From IMG/VR virus record IMGVR_UViG_3300025141_000080, positions 1-63,648 of that record: a stretch of DNA of 63,648 nt; one strand, written 5' to 3'. Both the position numbers and the translations under genes were made by a program. This document shows positions 11,501 to 18,136 of the stretch, one piece after another. Each line of letters opens with the position of its first letter. Within the stretch, counting starts at the first letter, position 1. Below the pieces are notes generated by a model. It saw nothing but the letters and a program-made list of their open reading frames with translations, had not been told where the DNA came from and made no database searches. Origin of the DNA: a virus (lineage: Duplodnaviria > Caudoviricetes).

Positions 11501-12163
11501 TATTTAATATCTAGAGGAACAGGTGGTAGTCCGGGTAATGGAACAATTTTAAAAGCTAGACCAACAAAGTATCAAGGAGCACATACTCGTGGAGCAAACG
11601 CCTATAGTATAGGGATAGCTCTGATAGCCAATTGTTCAAAAATGGGAACTTACGATTCAAGTGGTGGAGACTACGCTACTCACCCTCAAAAAGACTCCTT
11701 AGAAGACTTAATGTTATATATTGCCTTTCAATACGGACTTTTACAATTAAGAAGAACTGCTAATACTACGGAAGCGACCACACTATGGGTGGGAGGGTCT
11801 ATTACCCCTATTAACTTAGGACCTATAGCAAGTGCACCCGCTAAAGTAACCGCAGAACAGTTTGCTCGTATATTCTACGGTCATAATCAGTTCAGTAATA
11901 AAAGATGTCCATGTTTCCAAATGAAAAATGCATTAGCGGGAACACTAGGAAGAAATTTGAGAAGTAAACTAGGTACCATGATAAATAAGATAGAATTTGA
12001 TGTTGATACTGACGGAGACAGTTGGGAAGATGTTTCATCAACAATGTATTATAGTTTAAAACCATCAACTTTTTTACATATGATTGCTCCCGCTGTTAAT
12101 GCTAGTCCATATGAAGGAACAAGAAATTTCGATGGGGTAGGGGAATATGTTGATAGTAACTAG
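5579..12163 (+). CDS. large baseplate hub protein (gp27/VgrG-like ends) with C-terminal N-acetylmuramoyl-L-alanine amidase (Amidase_2, T7-lysozyme type)
   Basis: Hub-like motifs FGISNISVTY...FIDVRGKTLF and YTCKVSAMGNVCIQPTMYF...GPYLIMTVEHSIQPNTMTTTFTGVR. C-terminal IIVHVTA...GIGYHYLI...GAHTRGAN..SIGI...YGHNQFSNKRCP has the His/His/Cys Zn ligands. Confidence 0.75.
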   Translation: MANEIYNNDNILVELAENNVVLLDPNKVVDVNGKPQDRLVSQENLTIYANLQARVVPRSKVITGSGMETESLVDVFEGKINFLKPGGKDYMTSDWTDTETGGSNQDGPYNQKVFITKKDPFMGNTENKTESIKNRLDNESFGISNISVTYDRSYVPQVSMTFIDVRGKTLFEMGNNSAYAVFFNLPYPLFLLTLKGYYGKAVQYQLMLRKFNANFDPETGNYTVTCDFIGRIAALLADINVSQLLNAPYMYARSYGVTNVENDDVDTFTTTKGYQTLNEVFVTYKRNNLLGPNVPHLTLRQLATKAKTLEEAIEKELKKQNLKALDDIDKYEKVLDSYLAKVMDSGGWRRTYMDVGGLNEYYDEIKDLTYYSWKKTYQDDLPKRESGRDKLKKEISEHNAALLENPTFGKSGTHSIPVDIGYQNFTVLPPEGRENNGLEWFMFEGVPSSFETKINNIFTKFNEKRQIVEKNLTDVVNEVIESEQGLGFRPTVRNLFGIVIANADTFLRLMNDVHLDAMNQRNNPDRLNAVKGNGKASTSSELPEDNFIYPWPHYYVREENEDGGTSFVTTYPGAIKVISSTKAYKSESWPEVEFVEEFLKASTIKDTGQNQFNFGVSTLGENWVPTTSFDVFETQSYLKVSEVDFSYEVWDRSTIHGFFSGIQFRYNKNTSDLLLKNISKFESVTIQEKTNGFFDLQELLKNQTWSYNSFLEYLKAIAPLTDYQLLVRDEYVTPYIREKINNARFKIYPYTLLVGAQYQSRDIDIQNQIETMNESILTQSAEDNILDTYPLVDFDFTQGEDIDGSTGEYIYGPWTKMNLANGHNLPSKQELNKLSNSLVYGSDVKSYTSLLSAAEGVEDSICITPPHFFCDAWWTTPTMINDYSTILEKRTINILNTSLSWKLFFEDINTREKTPYYTPVTPENTSINNGLFLTEGAVDYSEIYINGKTFDKQLTSMLNTPYFTNAMIEGVMNELTGAPNPYISASYLFLNSLPLASLKELTIKQLKEGGQMPEFGDYVFTTLNQLSAVHPLPYAWILKYGSIWHRYKNFIENGIDILDSVWKDFDANKYFNDTSGLINQYSLNIGENNTQILFSGDWNIGGNFRKINVGFYPELNNLMHYFVTGDLLYNSVPVTGVPLSSIEVNNFINIGALNVKHSTDLDISPAQSPTQGDVNCQFWYTYYDTSRDVFTSGYTPQYILYPGGAIKKEQLSFEVDPFNLTNNPTTHNGNVRFCWGMSNYGYFEHTPTSKPSYNEYCKKINNLQKEQRAFHISSLGDYSSIDEIFDVFSPEILDTFEEYFLNFSQKDVDFNPALNAFSATTDSQDSTDVWGNKIGETDLKTLQSVIRNMMTVSQDSVTPADTATEFGYNLAKTQLNKSNRILGLFMADTVAFNFYNPKDINIKALRTFVGDQKYYDWGEYKGNLPPEVPFATSQLNHPQEWKDLQLHIGQIGDSSHLSLVYSDYGSEITDFFREMNIDFTSENIKLLRKIIKIYVTERIKNGSTTNSLNFTTVASALTPVAAPANFNSEFIQKIKNEIVEKLDDGQYQHLNQLFFNLKQDLPEIPNEGLIDDFKDESAIQSDELKLDLYNTFRVINDKWISGEEIERKLIFEDFLFLDIANRDIGDTAILGLDAFKSLTNPANGSLNLLGLIGSILDNQNFNFLPLPSYINFYGVTSDGKEYSKYNTTDEANSLFGTHLEVDYLESSPKFVCQYVGETSSLPDVKNPINRYNSDSFLMGRTADNPLFSNCADPKRCNKVMSFAVDFGIDNQNIFKGVNLDTSDTKPTAESFVVEEQLAQSANDKTIATQGLSLFNVYRTRSYTCKVSAMGNVCIQPTMYFSLRNVPMFTGPYLIMTVEHSIQPNTMTTTFTGVRVPFHRLPNVENFVAKLAKSFVKKVRVKQKTDNKQEREGGFHPEGTEQNTDGNAKAPRFSGPSDVKSIIVHVTAGTDYGNKPVETIDKQHKNRDFSGIGYHYLISRGTGGSPGNGTILKARPTKYQGAHTRGANAYSIGIALIANCSKMGTYDSSGGDYATHPQKDSLEDLMLYIAFQYGLLQLRRTANTTEATTLWVGGSITPINLGPIASAPAKVTAEQFARIFYGHNQFSNKRCPCFQMKNALAGTLGRNLRSKLGTMINKIEFDVDTDGDSWEDVSSTMYYSLKPSTFLHMIAPAVNASPYEGTRNFDGVGEYVDSN

Positions 12164-12189
12164 AAATATACTTAACTTTCTTACACTAT

Positions 12190-12204
12190 AAGATATTTAT
12201 AATA
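12190..12204 (+). promoter_or_regulatory. putative late promoter AAGATATTTATAATA
   Basis: Intergenic; identical 15-mer at 16711-16725; core ATATTTAT recurs upstream of 20538, 22912 and 47055. Confidence 0.6.
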
Positions 12205-12213
12205 AAAAACACT

Positions 12214-12417
12214 ATGGAAAACTTAAAAAGTAAATTAGACAAGTACCTAGGAAACCAACCAGAGAAAAAAGCACCTACAGTTGAAGAAGAGGGATATGAA
12301 GAAGTATGTGATTTAAAAACTGGAGAATGCTATACTATCAAAACTAAAGACGGTTTGATAGAAAGAGTAAATAAGAAAATGGTAACCGAAGACGGTAGAA
12401 CCTTATTAATGGATTAA
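12214..12417 (+). CDS. small hypothetical protein
   Basis: 67-aa ORF after the promoter motif, A-rich start, EVCDLKTGECY motif, 1 nt from the next gene. Confidence 0.75.
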   Translation: MENLKSKLDKYLGNQPEKKAPTVEEEGYEEVCDLKTGECYTIKTKDGLIERVNKKMVTEDGRTLLMD

Positions 12418-12418
12418 A

Positions 12419-13249
12419 ATGAATATAGAAAACCAAATAAGTGAGGAGTTAAAACGTTATTCTAAAATTACTGACTATGTGGAAATGTTAGAAGAAACAT
12501 CACAAGGAAGTTTAAGTAGCGTAGGCTCCGGATTTGTGAACACCCAAGGTCAATCAGGCAGACTAGAAGCGTTTAATAAACGCCAACGAGATATGAGTGA
12601 ACAAGAAGGAGATGCTCCAGCTGATTTAGAAGGGGGAGATGAAGAAGAACTAGATATGGATGTTGAAGGTGGTGACGAAGGTGGTGAAGAAGAACTAGAT
12701 ATGGATGTTGAAGGTGGTGAAGACTTAGAAGGAGAAGAAGATGTTGCAGCTGATTTAGAAGGTGGAGACGTAGAAGGTGTAGAAGGAGCTGAAGAGGAAT
12801 CTGAAGTTGAGGAGTTAGATGTGACAGACATAGTAACTATGACAAAGGAAACAGGGGAAAAAGCTGACACAGTTTCCCAAGAAATAACAACCCAAAGTCA
12901 AAGAATAAGTGATTTAATGGGTAAATTAGATTCTCTAGAAACTCAGTTAGGCTCAATGGATAAGGTTTTAGACCAAATGAATAATTTAGAAAATAAGTTT
13001 GCAGAACTAAAACCAGAAACTCCGACCGAAAAATTAGAACTCAGATACTTAGACAGTGGACCATTTACAAAAAAACCACATGAATTTTGGGACGAAAAAA
13101 ACGCAGAACTTAAAAAACACCCTAATAAACATGAGTATGTTTTAACACAAGATGAGGTAGATGAATATAATGATACCGATATAAAAAATAGTTGGGTTCC
13201 AGATGAAGAGGAAGAAGAAGATATTTCCGTATTAGGAAATAGAGCATAA
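12419..13249 (+). CDS. highly acidic coiled-coil protein, possibly prohead scaffold/internal head protein
   Basis: D/E/G low-complexity centre plus heptad region (ISDLMGKLDSLETQLGSMDKVLDQMNNLENKF). Function is inference. Confidence 0.55.
   Translation: MNIENQISEELKRYSKITDYVEMLEETSQGSLSSVGSGFVNTQGQSGRLEAFNKRQRDMSEQEGDAPADLEGGDEEELDMDVEGGDEGGEEELDMDVEGGEDLEGEEDVAADLEGGDVEGVEGAEEESEVEELDVTDIVTMTKETGEKADTVSQEITTQSQRISDLMGKLDSLETQLGSMDKVLDQMNNLENKFAELKPETPTEKLELRYLDSGPFTKKPHEFWDEKNAELKKHPNKHEYVLTQDEVDEYNDTDIKNSWVPDEEEEEDISVLGNRA
12640..12720 (+). repeat. perfect 36-bp direct repeat x2 (45-nt period) within the acidic protein
   Basis: TGAAGAAGAACTAGATATGGATGTTGAAGGTGGTGA at 12640-12675 and 12685-12720, encoding EEELDMDVEGG twice. 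Confidence 0.9.
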
Positions 13250-13273
13250 AATATATTATAAATAACTTATTTT

Positions 13274-13311
13274 AAACGGGTAATCAGTTGACTTACCCGT
13301 TTTTTGTTTTT
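13274..13311 (+). terminator. Rho-independent terminator
   Basis: 10-bp stem AAACGGGTAA / TTACCCGTTT with 9-nt loop, followed by a T tract, downstream of the 13249 stop. Confidence 0.8.
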
Positions 13312-13316
13312 ATATT
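13288..13316 (+). promoter_or_regulatory. sigma70-like early/middle promoter for the replication block
   Basis: TTGACT (13288-13293), 17 nt, TATATT (13311-13316), upstream of SSB ATG 13356. Confidence 0.7.
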
Positions 13317-13355
13317 TTATTGTAAATTAATTTAGTAAAAAATAAAAAAAATATT

Positions 13356-14210
13356 ATGAGTTTAGAAGCAATATTAAAACAGTACGAAAACACACAAAAA
13401 GCTAGCACTTCCGATAAACCCTTTATTAGTAATGAAGAAAGATTAAAAAAATATTTTGCAACTTTTCTTCCTAAAGGTCAAACAGAAGGCGAAAAAACAA
13501 TTAGAATCCTACCTACAGCAGATGGTAGTTCACCATTTAAAGAAGTATTTTTTCACGAAGTACAAGTAGATGGTAGATGGGTAAAATTAATGGACCCAGG
13601 AAAGAACGGAGACGGTTCCCCAACAGGTGATAGAAGCCCACTTAATGAAGTAGAAGAGGCTTTAAGATTAACTGGTAATGATAAAGATAAAGAGTTAGCG
13701 AGACAATATCGTTCACGTAAATTTTATATCGTTAAATTAGTTGATAGAAACAATGAAGAAGACGGTGTTAAATTTTGGAGATTTAAACACAATTGGAAAG
13801 GTGACGGGACATTAGATAAAATTATTCCAATCTTTCAAAAACGTGGTGATATAACTAATGTTACTGAAGGAAGAGATTTAACTCTTATGTTAAAATCTGT
13901 ACCACTACCAAGTGGAAAAGGAAACTATACGGTAGTTTCTATGGTTATGGCAGAAGACCCAAGTCCTCTATCAACAGACACACAAAAAACAAAAGAATGG
14001 ACAGAAAACGCTGAAGTATGGAAAGATGTTTATGCTCAAAAACCAGTAGAGTATCTTGAAGCGGTTTCTAAAGGTGAAACACCTAATTGGGACAATAATT
14101 TGAAGAAATATACATATGGTGATAGTACAGAAACTACTGTAGATGTAACACCACCCCCTTCACCAGACCCACAAGCAACACAAAAAGTAGACGAAGATTT
14201 ACCATTTTAA
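13356..14210 (+). CDS. single-stranded DNA-binding protein (T4 gp32-like)
   Basis: IRILP...PFKEVFFH, GVKFWRF, GDITNVTEGRDLTL motifs and an acidic C-terminal tip DEDLPF; adjacent to the recombinase. Confidence 0.75.
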   Translation: MSLEAILKQYENTQKASTSDKPFISNEERLKKYFATFLPKGQTEGEKTIRILPTADGSSPFKEVFFHEVQVDGRWVKLMDPGKNGDGSPTGDRSPLNEVEEALRLTGNDKDKELARQYRSRKFYIVKLVDRNNEEDGVKFWRFKHNWKGDGTLDKIIPIFQKRGDITNVTEGRDLTLMLKSVPLPSGKGNYTVVSMVMAEDPSPLSTDTQKTKEWTENAEVWKDVYAQKPVEYLEAVSKGETPNWDNNLKKYTYGDSTETTVDVTPPPSPDPQATQKVDEDLPF

Positions 14211-14221
14211 TATAATTGACG

Positions 14222-15217
14222 ATGGCTATAAAAAAGAAAAATTTTAAAGACATTAAGTCTAAGTTTTCTAAGAAAGCTGCATTCAAACCAGATAGATTTT
14301 TGGATTTGGGTGAAGCTTTTTTAGATGCAACAGGATTACCTGGACCTGCTATGGGACATATAAACATGTTTTTAGGACATAGTGACACAGGAAAAACAAC
14401 AGCACTAGTTAAAACCGCTGTGGATGCACAAAGAAAAGAAATTTTACCTGTTTTTATAATTACCGAACAAAAGTGGGATTTTGAACACGCTAAACTTATG
14501 GGTTTAGATTGTGATGTAAATAAAGATGGTGAGTGGGACGGTTTCTTTTTATTTAATAATGATTTCCAATATATAGAACAGATTACAGACTATATTAATG
14601 AGTTATTAGACGCTCAAATTAAGGGAGACCTAGATTATGATTTATTATTTTTATGGGATTCTGTGGGGTCTGTGCCATGTAAAATGACCTTTGATGGTAA
14701 AGGAGGTAAACAACATAATGCAGCAGTATTCGCTGATAAAATTGGAATGGGAATCAATCAAAGAATTACAGGTTCAAGAAAACAGAGTTGTAAGTTTTTA
14801 AACACTTTGGTTACTGTAAATCAACCATGGGTAGAGTTGCCAGATAACCCATTTAGTCAACCAAAAATTAAAGCTAAAGGCGGTGAATCACTCTGGCTAA
14901 ACTCTACCATAGTATTTTTATACGGGAATCAAAAAAATGCTGGGATATCAAAAATAACTGCTACAAAAGATAAGAGAAAAGTTAAATTTGCTACCCGAAC
15001 CAAAATATCTATCCTTAAAAATCATGTAAACGGTCTCGGGTATGAAGACGGTAAAATCTTAGTAACCCCACACGGGTTTTTAAAAGGAAAAGATAGTACA
15101 GAACAGAAAAAATCTATTGAAAAATATAAAGCTGAGAACGCAGAATATTGGAAAAATATTATTGGGTCAGAAGGCGATTATAATTTAGCAGTAGAAGATA
15201 CAGGAGAATTGTTTTAG
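14222..15217 (+). CDS. uvsX: RecA/UvsX-like recombinase
   Basis: Walker A GHSDTGKTT, Walker B-like LFLWDSVGS, VNQ and KGGESL RecA-family motifs, KNHV. ATG 14222 preferred over TTG 14216. Confidence 0.85.
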   Translation: MAIKKKNFKDIKSKFSKKAAFKPDRFLDLGEAFLDATGLPGPAMGHINMFLGHSDTGKTTALVKTAVDAQRKEILPVFIITEQKWDFEHAKLMGLDCDVNKDGEWDGFFLFNNDFQYIEQITDYINELLDAQIKGDLDYDLLFLWDSVGSVPCKMTFDGKGGKQHNAAVFADKIGMGINQRITGSRKQSCKFLNTLVTVNQPWVELPDNPFSQPKIKAKGGESLWLNSTIVFLYGNQKNAGISKITATKDKRKVKFATRTKISILKNHVNGLGYEDGKILVTPHGFLKGKDSTEQKKSIEKYKAENAEYWKNIIGSEGDYNLAVEDTGELF

Positions 15218-15242
15218 TTATTAACCTTTAAACAGAAAAAAA

Positions 15243-16250
15243 TTGAACACTTTATTGATTGATGGTAATAGCTTACTACAAACAGGCTTTCACGGAGTAA
15301 AAGATTACTTTCATAATGGCAAACATTTCGGAGCCATATTTCATTTTTTAAATACAATTAGAAAACATCTAGTAGAACAAGATTACAATAAAGTAGTGGT
15401 ATTCTGGGATGGTAAAAATAATGCAAAATATAGACAAGATATTTTGAGTGAATATAAAATAAATAGACGAAAACGACTTACACCTGAACAAGAAAACGAT
15501 TTATTTAGACAAAAACATAGAATAACCCAATACCTAGAAGAGGTATTTGTAAGACAAGCAGAGTTTAATAATTGTGAAGCGGATGATTGCATAGCTTATT
15601 ATTGTGCTAACACGGAGGACGAAAATAAATTAATATTAACTAATGATAAAGATTTAAGCCAATTAGTTAATGAAAAAACTACTATTAAATTCTTAAATGA
15701 CGGTAAAATAATAGACGAAAATCAAAAAATAACCATATCTAAATTAAGTGTGCCAACTAATAATGTTACCTTAATTAAAATTTTATTGGGAGACAAAAGT
15801 GACAACATAAAGGGAATTAGGTTTTTAGGTGAAAAAACTTTAAAAACATATTTTCCCGAAATAGAAGAAAAAACAATAACCTTGAAAGAGGTATTAGATA
15901 AAGCTAAAATATTAGTGGACGAACAACATGTAAAAAACAAAGGAATAAATAACCTTGTTAAAGGATTTTGTGTGGACGGAAGAATAGGTGACGAATTCTT
16001 TAAAACTAATAAAGAACTTGTTGATTTAGAAAAAGTTTTTTTAAACGACAATGCAAAAAAAGATATTATATCTTTAATTAATGAAAATCTTGACCCTGAA
16101 GGAAGAAATTATGAAAATATAGTGACAATGATGTTGGAAGATGGTATATTTAATGTACTTCCTAAAAAGGATGATGGGTGGACAGAATTTTACAAACCAT
16201 TTATAAGACTAACCAAAAAAGAAATTAAAAGTTATGAGAGAAAAAACTAA
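15243..16250 (+). CDS. 5'-3' exonuclease/flap endonuclease (PolA N-terminal, T4 RNase H family)
   Basis: LLIDGNS, VVVFWDG, YKINR, EADDCIA, NDKDLSQL, GDKSDNIKGI..LGEKT motifs. TTG start is forced by an in-frame stop at 15222. Confidence 0.92.
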   Translation: MNTLLIDGNSLLQTGFHGVKDYFHNGKHFGAIFHFLNTIRKHLVEQDYNKVVVFWDGKNNAKYRQDILSEYKINRRKRLTPEQENDLFRQKHRITQYLEEVFVRQAEFNNCEADDCIAYYCANTEDENKLILTNDKDLSQLVNEKTTIKFLNDGKIIDENQKITISKLSVPTNNVTLIKILLGDKSDNIKGIRFLGEKTLKTYFPEIEEKTITLKEVLDKAKILVDEQHVKNKGINNLVKGFCVDGRIGDEFFKTNKELVDLEKVFLNDNAKKDIISLINENLDPEGRNYENIVTMMLEDGIFNVLPKKDDGWTEFYKPFIRLTKKEIKSYERKN

Positions 16251-16710
16251 TTGGAAATTTGAAGAAAAGAAATCAGTAGTTAAATGTGAATTTCTACTTA
16301 CATTAAATGAAAATATTATATGCCAAAGATATTTTAATGTTAGAAACTACAACCCAAAAACAAAGAATTCGTTAGATTTGTATTATACAATTTCAGATAT
16401 AGCAGAGGAATTAAAATATAATCTAAAAAATAAGGCGTTTGATTATATGTATGACAGGTATAATCAACATACGAATTATGTAAATTTGTCAGACCAAGAC
16501 CTTGAAAGAAGTGAGGATGAAGTCTTTCATTTATATGTAAAACAGAATACAGATATACTAATACACAAAATTATTCCTTCTGATGTTTACCCAGGAAGGA
16601 TAAGATATACTGTGGACATTAGGCCTCTAGTACCACAAATTTTAGGAGACTTAACTGACACCCTGTCAAGAAAAAAAATAGCTAGAAAATATCTGAATTT
16701 AGAACTCTAA
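16234..16710 (+). CDS. hypothetical protein between exonuclease and helicase
   Basis: 158-aa ORF overlapping the previous stop; no recognised motif. Confidence 0.75.
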   Translation: MREKTNWKFEEKKSVVKCEFLLTLNENIICQRYFNVRNYNPKTKNSLDLYYTISDIAEELKYNLKNKAFDYMYDRYNQHTNYVNLSDQDLERSEDEVFHLYVKQNTDILIHKIIPSDVYPGRIRYTVDIRPLVPQILGDLTDTLSRKKIARKYLNLEL

Positions 16711-16725
16711 AAGATATTTATAATA
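16711..16725 (+). promoter_or_regulatory. putative late-type promoter AAGATATTTATAATA
   Basis: Exact copy of 12190-12204, in the intergenic gap before the helicase. Confidence 0.55.
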
Positions 16726-16746
16726 GCCTAAAAAAACATAAGATAA

Positions 16747-18120
16747 ATGAATAAAAACTCTAACTTCGGTTATCTGGGATATAACTTCCAGATTAAATTA
16801 TTAAATCAAATTATAACTGACAAAAAATATTGTCAGAGTATAATTGATGTCATTGACGCAAAGTATTTTGACAACCAATACTTTAAAATAATTGCACAAA
16901 TGACAAAAGAATACCATGAGAAATATCAAACACCACCTAACTTTGACACACTCAATCAACTAACTAAAATTGAGGTTAGTAGTGAAATGGCAAAAAAGAC
17001 TATATTTGATATGATTTTGGACGTACAAAATGCATCTTTAGATGATTATTTGTGGGTTCAAGAAAAAGGATTAAAATTTTGTAAACAACAAGAATTAAAA
17101 AAAGCAATAAGTAAGGTTAATAAAATTCTAGAAAAAGGTGATTTTGAATCTTATGATAAATGTGAAGAGTATATAAGAGAAGCGATTAGAGTTGGTGAAA
17201 ATACTGATGGTGCATTAGATGTTTTTGAAGATATCGCAGAAGCATTAGAAGAAGATTATCGGGACCCTATACCTACAGGAATAAATGGTATAGACAATCT
17301 TTTAGATGGTGGATTAGCTAAAGGAGAAATAGGTGTGTTTTTAGCACCTACAGGTGTTGGAAAAACAACAGTATTAACCAAACTTGCTAATACCGCATAT
17401 AATCTAGGGTTTAATGTTCTACAAATTTTCTTTGAAGACAACCCCAAAGTCATCCAAAGAAAACATATTACATGCTGGACTCAAATACCCCAAAGGAAGC
17501 AGGTAGAGAAAAAAGAAGAAGTATTAGAAAAATTAACTGCATATAGAGATAGAGGTAAACTTATATTAGAAAAATTACCGTCAGATAGAATAACTATTAA
17601 TACTATAAAAAATAAGATTAGGAAGTTAATGGCGGAAGGAAATAAATTTGATATGATATTATTAGATTATATAGATTGTGTAGTTCCGGATAGAGGATTT
17701 AGTGATGAATGGAAAGGAGAAGGTCTGGTTATGAGACAATTTGAGACTATGTGTAATGAATTTGATGTGGTAGGATGGACCGCGGCACAAGGTAATAGGA
17801 CATCAATTAGTTCAGAGGTAGTTACAAATGATATGATGGGAGGCTCAATTAAAAAAGCACAAGTAGGACACGTAATAATATCGATAGCTAAAACCCTACA
17901 ACAGAAAGAATTAGGGTTAGCTACTATCGCACTTACAAAATCACGAATAGGTAAAGACGGTGTAGTATTTGAAAATTGTAAATTTGATAACGAATTATTA
18001 ACAATAGATACAGAACAGTCACAAACTTTATTAGACCTAGAACATAATAGAGAACAAAGAAATGCACAAAGAGTAAGGCAAGCTCTAGAAAGAAGACAAG
18101 AACAAATAAACAATCAATAA
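16747..18120 (+). CDS. dnaB: DnaB-like (T4 gp41-like) replicative helicase
   Basis: PTGINGIDNLLDGG, Walker A APTGVGKTT, ILLDYID, WTAAQGNR, KSRIG. Confidence 0.92.
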   Translation: MNKNSNFGYLGYNFQIKLLNQIITDKKYCQSIIDVIDAKYFDNQYFKIIAQMTKEYHEKYQTPPNFDTLNQLTKIEVSSEMAKKTIFDMILDVQNASLDDYLWVQEKGLKFCKQQELKKAISKVNKILEKGDFESYDKCEEYIREAIRVGENTDGALDVFEDIAEALEEDYRDPIPTGINGIDNLLDGGLAKGEIGVFLAPTGVGKTTVLTKLANTAYNLGFNVLQIFFEDNPKVIQRKHITCWTQIPQRKQVEKKEEVLEKLTAYRDRGKLILEKLPSDRITINTIKNKIRKLMAEGNKFDMILLDYIDCVVPDRGFSDEWKGEGLVMRQFETMCNEFDVVGWTAAQGNRTSISSEVVTNDMMGGSIKKAQVGHVIISIAKTLQQKELGLATIALTKSRIGKDGVVFENCKFDNELLTIDTEQSQTLLDLEHNREQRNAQRVRQALERRQEQINNQ

Positions 18121-18136
18121 AATAAAAAGTTAAAAT

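Noticed and set aside
12640-12720. 36-bp direct repeat as a mini CRISPR array
   Set aside because: Only two copies, 9-nt spacer, in frame inside a coding low-complexity tract.
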